DNA of 64,000 bases from Chrysomallon squamiferum. Lineage: Eukaryota > Animalia > Mollusca. Below the pieces are notes generated by a model. The model did no database searches and was not told the DNA's origin. It saw only the letters and a list, made by a program, of their open reading frames with translations. Position 1 is the first letter of the stretch. Every line of letters starts with the position of its first letter. The stretch is taken from the NCBI GenBank assembly GCA_012295275.1, contig CM022665.1, positions 24,800,001 to 24,864,000 on the forward strand. Reading direction: 5' to 3'. The position numbers and the translations under genes are program-made. Positions 42,166-57,673 of the stretch are shown in pieces.

Positions 42166-43544
42166 ATAGTAGTAGTAGTAACAGTAGTAGTGGTAGAATT
42201 ATTATCGTTATTATAAGTGATAGTAGTAGTAGTAGTAGTAGTAATAGAATTGGTAGTACAAGCAGATAAGTAATAACAGTAGTGGTGGTAGTGATAGTAG
42301 TAGTGGTAGTAGTGGTTGTAGAAATTATAGCGACTGTTAGATATTTTCAAAAACCATCTCCACCCATACAATGTGTTTATCACCTAAAATATTCGAAAAA
42401 GAGGTTAAACGTAATTGTAACGTGGGTTAAAAGCTCTTCTTGTATTTATGTATTTATCAGAAATTTTCACAAGACAGACAAATAAGCACCTGATAATTAC
42501 AACGGCTTACACTAATTTAGAATGTGCGTCTAAATTATATCTTAATATAGCACTAAACCTTACAAGATGAGTGTTCCATGTGCTCCCAAGGATAGGAAGC
42601 AATTAATGATAATATTGATAACCCCACTGTAGTTAGTCAACGGAACTGACGTATGAAAGAAAAACAAAACAACACAACAACAACAACAGCAGCAGCAGCA
42701 GCAGCAGCAACAACAACAACAACAACAACATCAAGAGAATAATTAAAAAAAAACATATTATAGTAATTAGCACTCATAATGGAGATTAGAGCGATATTCA
42801 AAGGGAACTTAACATAGTTTTATCATCTCTACGTAATTATTGCTTGAAGAACGTTAGTGTCGGGGTTAAGCAAATCAATCAGGTTTATTAGCATACAAAT
42901 AATTAATTAATTTTTATTTACTGATATGTTTTTTCACGTACTTCGTCAAATATAATTAGTAACTATGATTTAAAAAAAAATTGTACCATTTATCTTGAAA
43001 GACGAAGCGTACTTCGCCGGAAGTTCTGTTCTGTTTTTTTTTTTTTTTTACTTTTTTAAAAAGCCTTGCAATCTTTGCGGAAATACAGGATAAGATAAGC
43101 AGTGATATAGTAGTGACCTGAACATATAAAAATGTTTCTACGAATTATACTCATCATTTACCACAGCTAATATAAATTTAATATAGTCTAAGTGAATGTG
43201 TGTAATATGTATGTGACTGTACGTAATTAAGTAGACATATGAAAGGAGGGCCCGAAGCAGTATTTAATGTATGTGGAACTGCACTTACGTAACAACTGAA
43301 TAAAGATAATATGTAGGTTCAGCGTCATTTGTAAATAAATGAAAATGTGCCTGTTTGTGTATATGAAAATGTTAAGTTTAAATTTTTAATTGTTTAATTA
43401 TAAGTCTAACAAAGACACTGCATTGTAGTGTGATCTGTCCGCATAGACTTATGCACATTATACACGTAAATGTTTATACACATATATACACATACACACA
43501 CAAACACACGCACATATTTATACACGCATACAGATACAAAGATA

Positions 43545-43790
43545 CACAGATACATAAACATACATGTATACATATACAAACTCGCACACATTCATACACG
43601 CATACACATACACAGATACACAGTTACACACAATTACATACACATACACAAACTCGCACACATATTCATACATGCATACACATACATAGATACACAGATA
43701 CACACAATTACATACAGATACACACAATTACATACACATACACAAACTCGCACACATATTCATACACACATACACACACAGACATACATA
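43545..43790 (+). repeat. Three-copy minisatellite built on a CA/TA-rich background
   Basis: The anchor CAAACTCGCACACA recurs at ~43577, ~43649 and ~43743, with shared CAGATACACA and CACACAATTACATACAC subunits. Confidence 0.8.
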
Positions 43791-44914
43791 CACACACAGA
43801 TACACATACACACACCTACATGCATCCACAAACACAAAAACCCTAATAATACATTCTGGCTTAGAAATATAAATTTAAAATCACTAAGAAAAGCAAAATT
43901 TGTTTTACGTTTGACAAACTGGTTTTAGGCTTTAATATGTATTAGTATCACTCCTGTGCATGGCGTGTATGAAATATCAGAATCAAACATGCTGCTAATA
44001 GAACGAGATTCCTATCGAATATCATGACATTACATACCTCAAATTACTTACGTTCTGAACGTAGTAAATAACACGATACAGTATTACGATTGTTATTATA
44101 AAAGATTATTTCTTTTTAATTATTTGGCAAGACTGAAATAAAATCCGTGCAACATTATATGTTGTTATTCTAAACTAGCGCGTTAAATCTTGTTGTCAAA
44201 TTAAGAACTAGTATAAAAAAACAGTGATTCTAAACAACACGTCTGAATGTGCAACGTATAGAAAGTAATTACAATCTGCGATTTCTTTATTCCACACCTA
44301 CACTGTTAGATGGTTGCAAGAAGAATGAAAAATAACAAAACTATTTTGTTATTAACATCTTTTAAAATAAATAAATAAATAAATAATAAAATAAAAGTTG
44401 TATATTTTTATTTTCACATGGCCTTTTTTTTTTTAAATTGTATTTAGCGCACTGGAATGATACTAGTATTAACGTAATTTAAGTCATTATTAACTTACAA
44501 CTAGTGTCAGTTATTTCTGTTGTTGTTCCTAATACTGTTATTTGTATTATCATTTCGTTTCTTTCTTTCTTTATTATTTAATAAGACGTCATTAACAGAC
44601 ATACACGCACGCACGCACACACACATAATGAATGTATGTGTGTCTTACTTTTTCTTTAATATACCATTGACATTGCCAATTTTTCACTATTACCATTACT
44701 ACCAATACCGTTTCTATTGCTACTGTTGCTACCATTATAGTAGCTACTACTACTTCTGTTGTTCTTTTTGTTTTTGTTATTATGATAATAATAATAATAA
44801 TTATTATTATTATCATTATCATTATGATTATTATTATTATTATTATTATCATTATTATTATTATTATTACGATAATTTAATCTTTTTCTAATATTATACA
44901 TTATCACTACCACA

Positions 44915-44954
<40 letters not shown>

Positions 44955-47900
44955 ATGCTGCTGCTGTACTACTTTACTTCTGTTTTAGCTATCACTACTA
45001 CTACTACGCCATTACTTCTTTTACTACTACTACTACTAAAGCCTAAATAACTCTGGCACTTTTCCATCAACAGCAAAATAATGTTAGAATAACAAAACGA
45101 ATACGTTAAAAGTAGGGTACTAAAAATGTCTTATTGTTTTCTTAACTCGTAGATATGGAAAATTTCTCTACCCGTCATCACATGGAATTAGCATTCTGCA
45201 GCACAGTAACACAAACCGTGTCTCAAATCACGGAGGTATATAGCATCACGGTATGATCCTATTCGAGTTTTAGAATAAAACGTTTTCGAAATTGGGTGTA
45301 TATCTGCTGATTTACGAGCTGCGCGTTGAACGACACATGGTCAGTACGTCAGTTTTATTGCAACAGGCGGCCCCCCCCCCCATGATTCCTGTAAAGTCTA
45401 CGGAATAAAAATGCAATTAATGTCAGAAGAATACTCTTTTCAGTTCATAAAAAAAAAGAAAACTTCGTGGATTCATGTTTAAACATTTTGACGGAACGAC
45501 TGCCGACATATGTTGTGGCGTTGTAATTTGGTGTCAAAACAGCCTTCCAAAGTGTTAGGCTAAGGAATCGCAAAACCATATTTTTTTTGTTTTTTGTTTT
45601 TTAAATTTGATGAGGAGGCTGTGAGAGTGTGTGGTCGAACTGCATATAAAATCTTTCTGGAAAAACTGTTTTGTTTGCCGAGTTGAATTCTGAGCAGCAC
45701 GTTGATGTTATTAATTAATATTTTATATATATATATTTTTTTTTAAATATAATTTTAAGAGGTGTTAATAGATATATTTTTTAATGTTTAAAGAATACAA
45801 AATAATTAGTATTGATTAGGTTTTATAAAATAACAAGATATACTCGCGTCATCGAATTTATATCTCGCAGTAATTTCAAAGTATTATTAACAACACATGT
45901 GGCATTTGTTTGGTGCAAGTGACACCGTCTCGACAGACACCATAACGCTACCAATTATCCCTTTCATGTTTGTACTCAGCAATAATCATCCAGAACCATT
46001 TGGAACATTATAACAAAATTAATAATAAAATATAACTTTATTACATAAAACAGTTCTTACAAGAGTAAACCTTCGCACGAAAAACTACTCTAACACCTAG
46101 CGAAAACTCTGCGTCTGTCGGAGAAGATAAAACTAAAACGAAAAAGAGTCCACTACGTTTAAGATTAAGCGGTTCAGCTTGGGTTTTTAGCCTTCATGTT
46201 TTCAATGCTAAGTGGCATAAAGAGGCACCTGCACAGAGTGGCTTATCAGTATGTAGTTTTAATTCTATTTGCACTCTGAAGACGATCATTCATAAGATAC
46301 AGATATCACAATAGGTTTCTGGAAGTTTCCCAGACTCTTGCTGGCGCGGTGCCAGTGTGTTCCTGCTAACCATTGGGTAGAGCTTAGCGTTATCTAAGTT
46401 TAGTTCCTCCGCGACTTTGCGAACATACAGTTTCTAAGTCATTGCACTTAGCGATTACATTACTTTTTCATTTTAACCAAATTTATCGTATTGATTCAGA
46501 GATAAATGTATATATTAATTACAGAACAAAAAAAATAAGAGCAAATGTACCGAGTAATAAGACTGTAATGATGATAATGTTACATAGTTTTATATAAACA
46601 CATAACACACACACGTACCTGTTTACTTCGTGTTCTTTATTTTTCAGTTAAATGTGCTACTTAATATAATGATGTAAGTATACATGCATTCTTTATGCAT
46701 TCTTTATGTATGCATGTATTATGTATGTGTGTATGTGTGCATGTGTGTATGTATTTATGAGTGTATGTTTGTATGCACGCATGTGCGAACGTGTGCTTGT
46801 ATGTATGTAAGTATGTTGTGTGTGTATGTATGTGTGTATTTTTTTATATGTATGTATACGTGTAGGTAAACGTGTATGTATGTATGTATGTATGAATGTA
46901 TGTGTAGGGATTTGTGAAGTCTATGACTCTCACCTGGTAAGCCAGTGGCTTGCATGTTGACGTCATCACATTTTCAAAGCATCGCTCGGGTCAGATGTGA
47001 AAATGCTGTTGTTGACTGACACTGATGGGCGTCAGTTTTGAATTACTTTAGTGCTGAATATTCAACTTTTTATCCGAACCTAAATAAGTCCTGAATTGAA
47101 TAAAAATATAACAACGTCAGGTGAGTTTCAGTGAACAAATTAATACATAACCATCATCAGTCATAGTAAATTTGTGTTTATACATGTTCTGTAGTTTCTA
47201 ATTGTTGTTGATTTTTTTAATTTTATAAAGATCAAATCCCCAGCACTGTGTTTACTGGGCCAGTCCAAGTAGCATGTCGAATGCTATTTTGGGTGGTAAA
47301 GAGAAGATATTTCATAATAAATTTGGATCTGGAGATTTTCTTCCCACATAAAATTATTTGCGAATAGCTACATAGTATGAAACAACTGATTTTAGCCAAG
47401 AACTGACGGGATGCAGTTGTACACAAAAGACGCATGGTTTGATTTCTACAGTAATTAAAGTGGCTTTTTGACATTTTCTTGTTATTTTGACGTGGTTTTA
47501 ATATTTAGTTGTTTATTTCATGCAGGACAAGACTTTTTCCTTTATCAGTTCATAACTGTCAGGAAAATTTTGATCAGATGTATTCAGAAATTTGAATTAA
47601 TGACATTTAAACGTAGATTCGGTGACAGTACCTCATTTCATGATCACAGTTATTTCTTTTGTTCCAGGGCATTTTCCATTAACGAACTGCACCTTAATTG
47701 TGAAATTTTAAAATGCAGATACTTTGGCTTTGGAGGTTGGATTTAAAAAAAAAAAAAAAAATCTGTTATCATTGTGAAGCTGCCCTCATGCTCTGTTTAG
47801 CTTTAAATTTTATACCCGTTTGAAAAACCTATCCAAGTATCTTGTACGAGAAAACGATCAGCATCCAGAAAGGACTAAAAAAAAAAAAAAGAAAAGAAAA

Positions 47901-48334
47901 AAAAAAAAAAAGATTCATTATCGGAATAAAACAAGTTATGAATGGCTGTTACAGATGACTTCACAATTAATTACATGCTTCGTTTCGCTAAGCATTTTCC
48001 ACGCCTTAATATTTATACTAAAGCAAAACATCAATATGATAAGAGAGAACTGATGGAAGTACACACTCAAAACAATCTCATTGTCTTGTAATTTCTGTCA
48101 ATAACTTCTTAATTAAATTACCACCACAGCGTGAACCGTGCTCCATCACTCCGCCATTGTTTGTACTCATACCTTTTTTTTGAGAGGGCTTTAGTTTTGC
48201 GCTTATTCTTGTTATGAAGATAGTATGTGTAGAGAGTTGTCTTTAAGGTGTTGTTATACCTTTTAGAGCTGGAATTTTGTTATGAAAAAATAAAACAACA
48301 AACAAAACAACAACATGAAAAAAAATCAATAATA

Positions 48335-48372
<38 letters not shown>

Positions 48373-48943
48373 AATGATAATAATAATTATAGTAATAATA
48401 ATAATAATCATAATAATGGAGCAACAACAAACGGTTTTGTTTGAAGTATGTGATACTTAATGGAATTTTTGTTGTATCAAAAAATAACAGAGAAAAGGAA
48501 AAGAAAAGAAAAAAAAAAAAAAAACCCCAGAAAAAACAATAAAGTAATAAAACAAATAAAGATTTTTTGTTTTTTTTTGGTTTAAACTGTGTAAAAAGCG
48601 ACAATAATACACCATCCACGCATTAACAGTAACTGCTACGTTTCTGCTTACAGCCTAAGTCGAAACTTCCAATATTTGCCCCAGATTCGCCGACTGAACC
48701 ATAATGGCAATAGAAAATTACCTATTAATGCAGTTCAAATCCCTGCGAGGATTTTCGCGGCTTCGTCTAGGGAGCTTTTCCGTGTAGTGCCATCCAACTG
48801 TGTTTGGTAGAAGGCCGCTGTCCCCCGGGCTATGTTATGGCGTTAGTGCTGGTCGGCGAGCTAAATAGAATTTAATTCTTCATAAGGAGATCAAGATTGG
48901 AGAGAGGCTTTTGGGTACAGTTTCCCAGTCATTGCTCTGTGTC

Positions 48944-48985
<42 letters not shown>

Positions 48986-51060
48986 AAAGAAAAAAGGGGA
49001 GAAAAAGAATCCAATAATGTTTATAATTAAAATGTTCAAATGACAGTCAGTATACGCCAGTTCAGCGAGTTCGTATCTTTAAAGTGGGTCTTATGGAATA
49101 GAAAAAACACACAAAACATTACTGTCTAACCCGCGAATTTGATAACCTTTTGTTATGTAGTATATGGAAAACAACAACAACAAACCCAGATGATTTTAAT
49201 ATGGTTCACAGTTTTGGTTAAAGCTTTAAAATTTAAAATTTAAACAAAAACAATTATTGTGCGTACGCTGGTTTTTGAGTAAGTAATATTGTTTCAATAA
49301 TAATAATAATAATAATAACAATAACAATAATAAAAATAATAATAACAACAATAATAATAATAATAATAATCATATATATATATTAAAAATAAAATAACGA
49401 ATAACACACCAGAAATTCTACTTTTAAAACATATACAGTTTACTACACTCTCAGCTCACTAATAAACACAAGTTCAAAAATAAACTAAATTTTTTTTTTT
49501 TATACGTTCGTCTAAAATCGAGATCGGATATTTTTCCTTGAACTAAGAACACGAGGGGAAAAAGTGAAATAAATGATATGAATGCTACATTTTGTGAGCA
49601 CATTTGTGTAAGCCGAATGTAAACATCTTATCAAGTGTTTACCTACACAGGAACGTCTCTTTGATTTAATATTTAAACAACACCAACCATGTCGAGTAAC
49701 GGGAGAGAGAGAGAGAGAGAGAGTCGAGTGTCTGTTTCTCAGGTTATCTAGAAAATTCTACTAAGTTCACTGAACTCGAATTTGAAAAATCGTAAGATTA
49801 AAAAACGTTGTTTGTTTTGCTGATGTACAGTTTATTCTCTTTTTACCCGGAGGAAAACAAGCAAAAGAGGAATGAACTTAATACATTTACTGATAAAATG
49901 AATTTTTTTATTTTATTTTATTTTATTTTTTTGAAATATTTTCTTCAAGTAAGTAGATTCGTATCTCAAGTGTTAATTAATGCAAAATGGTGCAAACTAT
50001 TTGATCTTCTTCCAGATTATATTATTTTCTTTACATGAAGAGAACTATCAAATAGTTTTTAAAGATGTTGTGTATGTAGACCAGTTTAAGAATTACACTA
50101 TACAGACGAAGACTGAGACGGCGTGTAACATAATGAATATTAACTGAAAAACCTTAAAGAGTGTTGGTGGTATTTTCCCATGCATGTTTGCTGTCTACAA
50201 ACAGTCTTTCGAAGACAGTTTTGCCTTGCACAGATTATACAAATTAGTATAATTTAGTTTATATTTTTTTTAACACAGTATTTTAAACTGACAATTGACG
50301 AGTTCGTATATCATTTGGAATCGTGTCATTTAAAACTGCCCTTTAACATTGTGAATATTTTCTAACCAGTACTCCGTTTTCCTCTTTTTCTTTTTTCTGT
50401 TTTTCTTCTTCTTTTTTTCTTCTTCTTTTTTTTTTTTTTTTTTTAAATATATATTTTTTTGACTTTGTAAAGCAGTTTTTATTTTTTACAGATAACGTTA
50501 AAATAAGCGCACTGCTTTGGATACTTGGAAATGAAACGCACTAATCTAACCTGTGTATTGATAAGTACAGTGCAAACCGATTATGACATTTAGTGTATTT
50601 TTATGAAGCATATTCGCTCTAGGAGTTTGATTACTGTAAGGTTATTAACAGTGGGAATGACGCACACACAGACATTTACACCGAGCAAGCAATGGTGAGG
50701 ATTCTATCACTTATATACTGGCAATGAATAACGCCAAAGATTGGTAGGGGGTCTACTGTACAATGTGTATTTTTTTGTGGAGATTTTATTATATTTTCGA
50801 GCACACTTGAAAATGTTTAACAATATTAAGTTTTCAGCTTCTCTGTACGCGAATTCTGTGGTCTGTTTATTGTTCATCCTGTTTCCATTTACTTTTGTTT
50901 TGTAATTCTTTTTTTATTTTTTTATTTTTACTTTATGTAAGTGGATTGTACTGATATGTGTATGTGTGTGTGTATGTTTAGTGGCATTTGTGTGCGCATT
51001 CTTATATTAACACGTGTATGCGTGTGCGTGTTTGCATTGGCATATTTAAGAGAGAGCTAG

Positions 51061-51064
<4 letters not shown>

Positions 51065-51148
<84 letters not shown>
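51065..51148. repeat. (AG)n microsatellite
   Basis: About 42 AG units. Confidence 0.95.
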
Positions 51149-51158
<10 letters not shown>

Positions 51159-52019
51159 GAATGCATTAAATATTCTTCTTTTGGTGAATCTTTTCAATAA
51201 GATTCCTTTTCCGTTTAACTCGTATTAATAACACAATCTTAATTCTACCTCAGATGGGGTATATGTTGTGTAAGAACATTGCTAATTACATTATTCTGTT
51301 CCATTCATAATAAATGTGTATAACGATGTTTTGTAGTTCCTACGTATCAGTGACGTCATGTCTTTCATGAAACTACAGCACCATATAAACCTATTTCAGG
51401 AAAGGAATAATAAAGCTTGATAAGTGATTAACATTTCAAAATGTTCAGAACATCTTTTTAAAGATCGTCTTAACGCATTCTTCATCCGGGACAGTTATTA
51501 TAATGACTTTTTTTAAATTATTTTTTATTTTTTTAGAAGTCACTGTTAAGAAGCGTATACTTTATCCTTAGAACCATTATGAAAAAACCAAAATATATTT
51601 CTATATTTATTAAGATATGTAATGGTTGATAAAAATATTTCTTTTGAAGTATATGCCATGTAAGCAATGACAGAAAGGATTCTATACGTGGAGTTTCTGT
51701 TAACGCTTTGTACGCTGTTTGAAAAGGAAGAAAACAACAGTGAGCTTTGATGATGAAAAAAAGCTAATAGAAAAAATGCGTAATCACGCACGAAGTTTGT
51801 TTCTCGTTAATCAATCAAAGACTGCGCTCCTCTATAGTTATAGATATGAATATCGCATACATTGTAATAGATACTGAAATAATTTAAGATATCAGCTCAT
51901 AATGCCTTTTAACAATCAAGTTAGATGTACGGTTACACTGTAATGAAGAAATAGCAATAATTAAGCTATGTGTCTTGAATATAACATGAAAAATTAACTT
52001 CACACAGACCCACACAGAC

Positions 52020-52050
<31 letters not shown>

Positions 52051-52068
52051 CACACACATAGACACACA

Positions 52069-52153
<85 letters not shown>
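52020..52153. repeat. Compound (TA)n(CA)n(GA)n microsatellite
   Basis: Three adjacent dinucleotide runs. Confidence 0.93.
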
Positions 52154-52158
<5 letters not shown>

Positions 52159-52252
52159 TAAAGTAAGATATTCATTTAATATATCAGTTTAAAAAATAAA
52201 AATAATAATTATTATTATGATGGTCATGGTGATTATAATGATAACAACAACA

Positions 52253-52307
<55 letters not shown>

Positions 52308-53433
52308 CAGAAACAGAATAACACAAGCCAGAAAAAAAGTAAAAATAAAAATAAAAATCACACCAAAGCAAACCTGCGGAGAAAAAGAAAGACAAACCAT
52401 AAAATTATAAAGAAAACGAAAGATTAAAATGTAGCCATTTTTTTTTTTTTTTTTCACAAAGATGCCATATATACAGCTGAATTATCATTTTCCGTCTATT
52501 TTTATCTGTTTATTTACTTACATAACATTTTCAGTACTCATTCATCCTAGGATTATTACCCTGCCTTATCCTGCTGTACATTTATTTATGACAAACAAAT
52601 GCAAAACATATATAAAACACTGCAGCTGCTTTTTGCCAACACCAATCATATTAAATAAGAAGACGAGCCCACACGTAACTATAAAACACAGGTACGGGTT
52701 TCGTATTTCCTATAAATTAATGCAAATGTGTCGTATCCGAAATGCTAGACGCGTAAATAATGAACTTCAGACAAAAACATATCCCATTAATCTGCTGTTG
52801 TTACAAAGGAGATTTTCATTAAATCAACCGCTCCAACTTTCAAAGACAAAGTTTCATTAAATGAAGATGTAAGAGGATTGTCGTAGTTAAAACAACAGAA
52901 GAAAAAAAAAAAAAAAAAAAAAAAAAGATACGTTATTTGACGACAGGCGATTGCTAAAAGAGGTTTTTTTTTGTATTTATTTATTTATTCTAGGATTTTT
53001 TTTTTTTTTTTTTTGGTTCTTTCTTAAAACCTTCGTGAAGACGAAGAACATTAGTTGCTATCAATTAACAAGTAATAAGAGAATCAGCTCAGTTTAATCA
53101 TTAGTTCGCTTGTAGAGTTTTGCGTTTTGAAACATCCTGCAGCAACCTGAGGCGTTTAATTGCACATTTAGCTTTATTTACGAGACGGGTATGGCTTGCA
53201 AGGACAGACAGCCGTTAAAATATCATCATTAAACTGTTTATTGCAGACTCTGTGAAAAAAAAAAACCTCAAGGAGCGAAGATATCGGTGTTGTTCGTGTG
53301 ATTTATGTACTGGGTGATTACAGAGTTAACTACGATTGTTCATATATTTATTTCTTGTCCAGTATCCACTGTTTTTGTTTTTTTTATAATCTCCGAACAT
53401 TACTGTATCGTATTTACATTATACAAATTTAGT

Positions 53434-53486
<53 letters not shown>

Positions 53487-53870
53487 AAACAACGTATGCA
53501 GAGACTCATAAACTGTTTATTTTAAAGTATTTATACTTTTAGTAATGACTAGTAATATTCTTTTTGTTTTACACGCTCTTTGTTAATTTTTCCTAGCAGA
53601 TTTGGAAAGGTTTTTATTAAGTCTTCAATCTTTATTAAATGATAATTAAAAAAATTAGTTAAAAGAAACATAAAATATATACTAATTAAAATATAGTGTT
53701 CTGTAGCCGAAGAAAGATTACTGATCACAATGTATCAAACGCTGTTTATTACCTACTCAACCCTTATAACGAACTCAGCTTTTTGAAACTTTAGTAATAC
53801 ATATATTATTTTATCAATTAAAATATTATGGAAAAAAATAATAAAATGAATTAATAATATTAATAGTAAT

Positions 53871-53901
<31 letters not shown>

Positions 53902-54931
53902 TTGTAAACAATACTTTAAAAATTAAAACGTTGGATGAACTACAAAAATCAAATGATTTATTTTAGGATTTATCGGCTCGTATTTGATGCCTCGGTATAA
54001 AATTTTTATTTGTTTTGTATTTTTAAATTAGTCAAATGTCTGATGGTGTTTTAAACTGAAATTAAGACAGAGAAAGCAGAATCGTGGATTTTTCAATAAT
54101 CTTTGCATCGTTATCGTTGACACTTCACATCTTTTTGCGGTACAGACGAGCAAGAATTCCAAAGTTCATTTATTTTTTATTTTTTTTTCCCTTTGCGAAA
54201 TATTATGGAATGGAATGTAAGAAACTGGATATCGGATTTTATATGCGTAAGTGTGCATGTATTTATTTAGCTGCAACTTCGGTATTTTATTTTAATACAA
54301 GTATGTAGTGTATAGATGTCAACTAGGAAGACTGTAGTTCTTTCGAGTTTAACAAAGATATGATTATCTGCATCCATTTCTGGTTTTGCAATGCTGAGTT
54401 TCTCACAGACATTTTCGAACTGACTAAACATCGGCCTTAATTGCGACACCACAGCACAGCAGCATGTTAAACCCAGTTTAATAATCGACACTCCGCAGCT
54501 GTTGGTCTCTCTCCACACTTTCGCATTAAACTGATCCACTTGCAAAATAATGTAGTGTGTCAGTGATGGAGGTCACTCGGATCGAACACGATAAGTAACT
54601 AGATGGTTGGTCCAAGCGCTTGGGGAAAAGAGTCTCTCATTATATTAGATAGCCGAAACCCTTTATCAGAGGTCTTTCAAGATACACAACTAAATTGGCC
54701 GAGTTAAAGACCGGGGTGATAAGAAACACTGTATCAGTGGGCTATTTACCTGCATGCTAAGATAGAGGTGTTGAAACAACGGGTTTTGGAGGCGAGCTGA
54801 GACTAGACACGTGGCCCTCTGTTGGCGGTTGTGATTCGAGCACCGATACGTAACCCATGTCAGAAACGTACTTGATAACCAGGGCATGTGCGTGCTGCTT
54901 TTGAAAAAAAAAAAAGCAAAAAAAAAGCAAT

Positions 54932-54975
54932 ATATTCAGATTTAAAATCTAATTGTAGATTTTAAATCTGAATAT
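54932..54975. repeat. Perfect 20-bp hairpin/cruciform with 4-nt loop
   Basis: ATATTCAGATTTAAAATCTA-ATTG-TAGATTTTAAATCTGAATAT; the arms are exact reverse complements. Confidence 0.92.
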
Positions 54976-56029
54976 CTTCCTTATTACTACCATAATGAAC
55001 AGTCTGTTAAAAAAATTGGCATTCGAAGACGATCCTTGTTAACTGGCACTGCATCCAGTGACATTAACTGATTTTCTGCATTAAATCGAATAACAATATA
55101 TATATATATATATAAGAATAAAAAAATAAAATAGTAAAATAAAAAACAAACATCAAATGTAGTCTCACTGTTGTTATACAGAATATCTGCTACAAAAGTT
55201 ACAAGTTATTATTGTGATTATCAGATATTGCAAATTTGTTGACAGAAGAGCCGTTCCTTAGTCTACGATTCATCAACAAGCAGGAGGAAATATTTTTAAC
55301 CACAAACCTCGGTCCTTTGTTAAAGCACTTATTAAGCACCGACCCTGCGAAGTATTAGGTATCGGTTCTAACTGAAGAGATACATACCCATCTATACTTG
55401 TACATTAAGTAGTTTGAAGCAAGCATTAACATAAGTAAATCAATTATATTTTGTTGCTAGATCTATTACTTATGAGGTTACAACATTTTAACCAATCACA
55501 GGTATAGCTCTCAAAAATTATTTTAAAAGAAGAAAAAAAGAAGAAAAAAAAAAATTATGTCCAGCACACGGTAATTCTCATGTGGGCATGGAATAACGCA
55601 AGCTTCCATCAACACTTGTTTAAAAATATCAGTCATATTTGGAAATAGTCTAATCGTGAAAAGGATTTCTATATCTTGAGCAAATATAATTGCAAATCCG
55701 AAAAGAAAATATGTTTGTGGATTCATCCCTCTGTCTTCAAAAATATTGAGATTCCCAACAGTATATACAGGTTTTAATCAATACTTCACAGAGAAAACGA
55801 AATATAATACATCTGAGACTAAAATAACGATATTAACAGATTTCCCATGCAAATATTTACACACTGGATATCTTACATAATTAAAGCAATACCCATTCAT
55901 ATTATGGTTTCAAAAGATTACTACTTAGTTACCTTTAGGTTTTTTTTGTTGTTAATGTAACTTTTATCATTTTTGTTATCCACTGCACATAATTTCTCTT
56001 ACGTACATGCTAATGTTTATATTTATACT

Positions 56030-56196
<167 letters not shown>

Positions 56197-57641
56197 TTTA
56201 ATATTGTTATATTTCAACCAACATTTTATGAACTATATATCTTAACTTATTCTAAAGGTTCTGGAAAAAGCCGGACTGTTTTGTTAAAATGATAAACATA
56301 ATTCTTATTTGGTATGTCTACTAACAATTGTTTTCTTTCTTTTATTTTTTCCTTTTTAGAGAACATTATTAAATAAAATATATCTCATTTGTTAGACTTG
56401 ATTTTTTCTTTTCTTTTGCTGTTAATTCTCTCTCTTTCGGTTTGTATGTGTTCGTTCCTCTATATATGTACATATGCATTTATGCGTGTGCATGTTATGT
56501 CTTTGTCCATTAAGAGCAGCTAAATAATTTAGTGTGAAAACCTGAATTAGGAGATGGTTCTTCATACTCTAGGAAAAGATGAGTAATCGCTTGTCAAACA
56601 AATAGTTGTCCTAATTACAATATGCCTGATTGAGATTGATAAATATTAATTAGAACAATAAAATATGCATTCTACAACAGTTAGATGGAATGGGAAACAT
56701 AAATTCTTAACAGCGAATGGTCTATGGATGTTGTGCTCTTAGATACAACAGCACTTGTTAGAACTGGAGATATCTCGGGCTCCACTATACGGAATCAATA
56801 AGCGACTAAAAGTTGCCCTGGGGAAGAACGGCATTAAAGAACATCATTACGCTTCTGTGTCACTTCAGAAAAGAATAACGACTGTAAACACCCAGCTTAA
56901 CGCTCTGAAATTATAAACGATTTCTCTTGCAGCCGTTTCTTGTTCACGTTTCACGGATCATTTCATCCTTGCATTCAAAGAGCAGTGGTAACGAGATGCT
57001 ACTCACAGGCAAAATGGGACGTAGAATTTTTTTTTTTTTTTTTTTCATTTACTATGCAGTAGGTTTTTTTTTCCCCGCTCTAACACGACATGGATCATTG
57101 AATTTCGTTTGGCTCGCAAGACGTGCGGGCATACGTATAAGTTTCTTACCAGACGCACGTCTGACTGACTCATACATTTATGTTTAGCTCTGAAATCTAT
57201 ATGTGTAGACGTTTTTTTTTTTTTTTTTTTTTTTTTTTTTCCTTACGTTTTCTTTTCTGTCCTTAAAGACGTTTCTGGGTTAACGTTATAGTGCAATTTT
57301 ACGTGATAACCAACCACTACGGCGCTATTTGAAACGGCACATGTATTTACTATTGTCTACGTCAATTACTCTAAAACAAAATAGAAATATATCTGGAAGA
57401 CGAAGGAAAGCCGTTTTTTTTTTTTTTTTCTCATTTAAAACAGTAATGATTGTTTTCTCGAATAATCGAAAGCGTAAAATCAACTAAAACAGTCTAAAAA
57501 ATGTATTTCTGCTGTTCAAGGTATATTTAGCAAAGTCATGACGATGGTAAGAGAATGATCTTAGCAAAGATCAGATCTTGTGGAAATTAACAGTCTGCTT
57601 GGTGAACATAAACATTTGCAAATCTCTCTTTTTTTTCTTTA

Positions 57642-57673
<32 letters not shown>

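Noticed and set aside
43545-43790. CRISPR-like repeat-spacer array
   Set aside because: The intervening sequences are themselves repeated and low-complexity, the context is eukaryotic, and there are no cas genes.
50566-50760. Tigger-like MITE bounded by TACAGT...ACTGTA
   Set aside because: Only 6 bp of terminal complementarity, which is not above chance.
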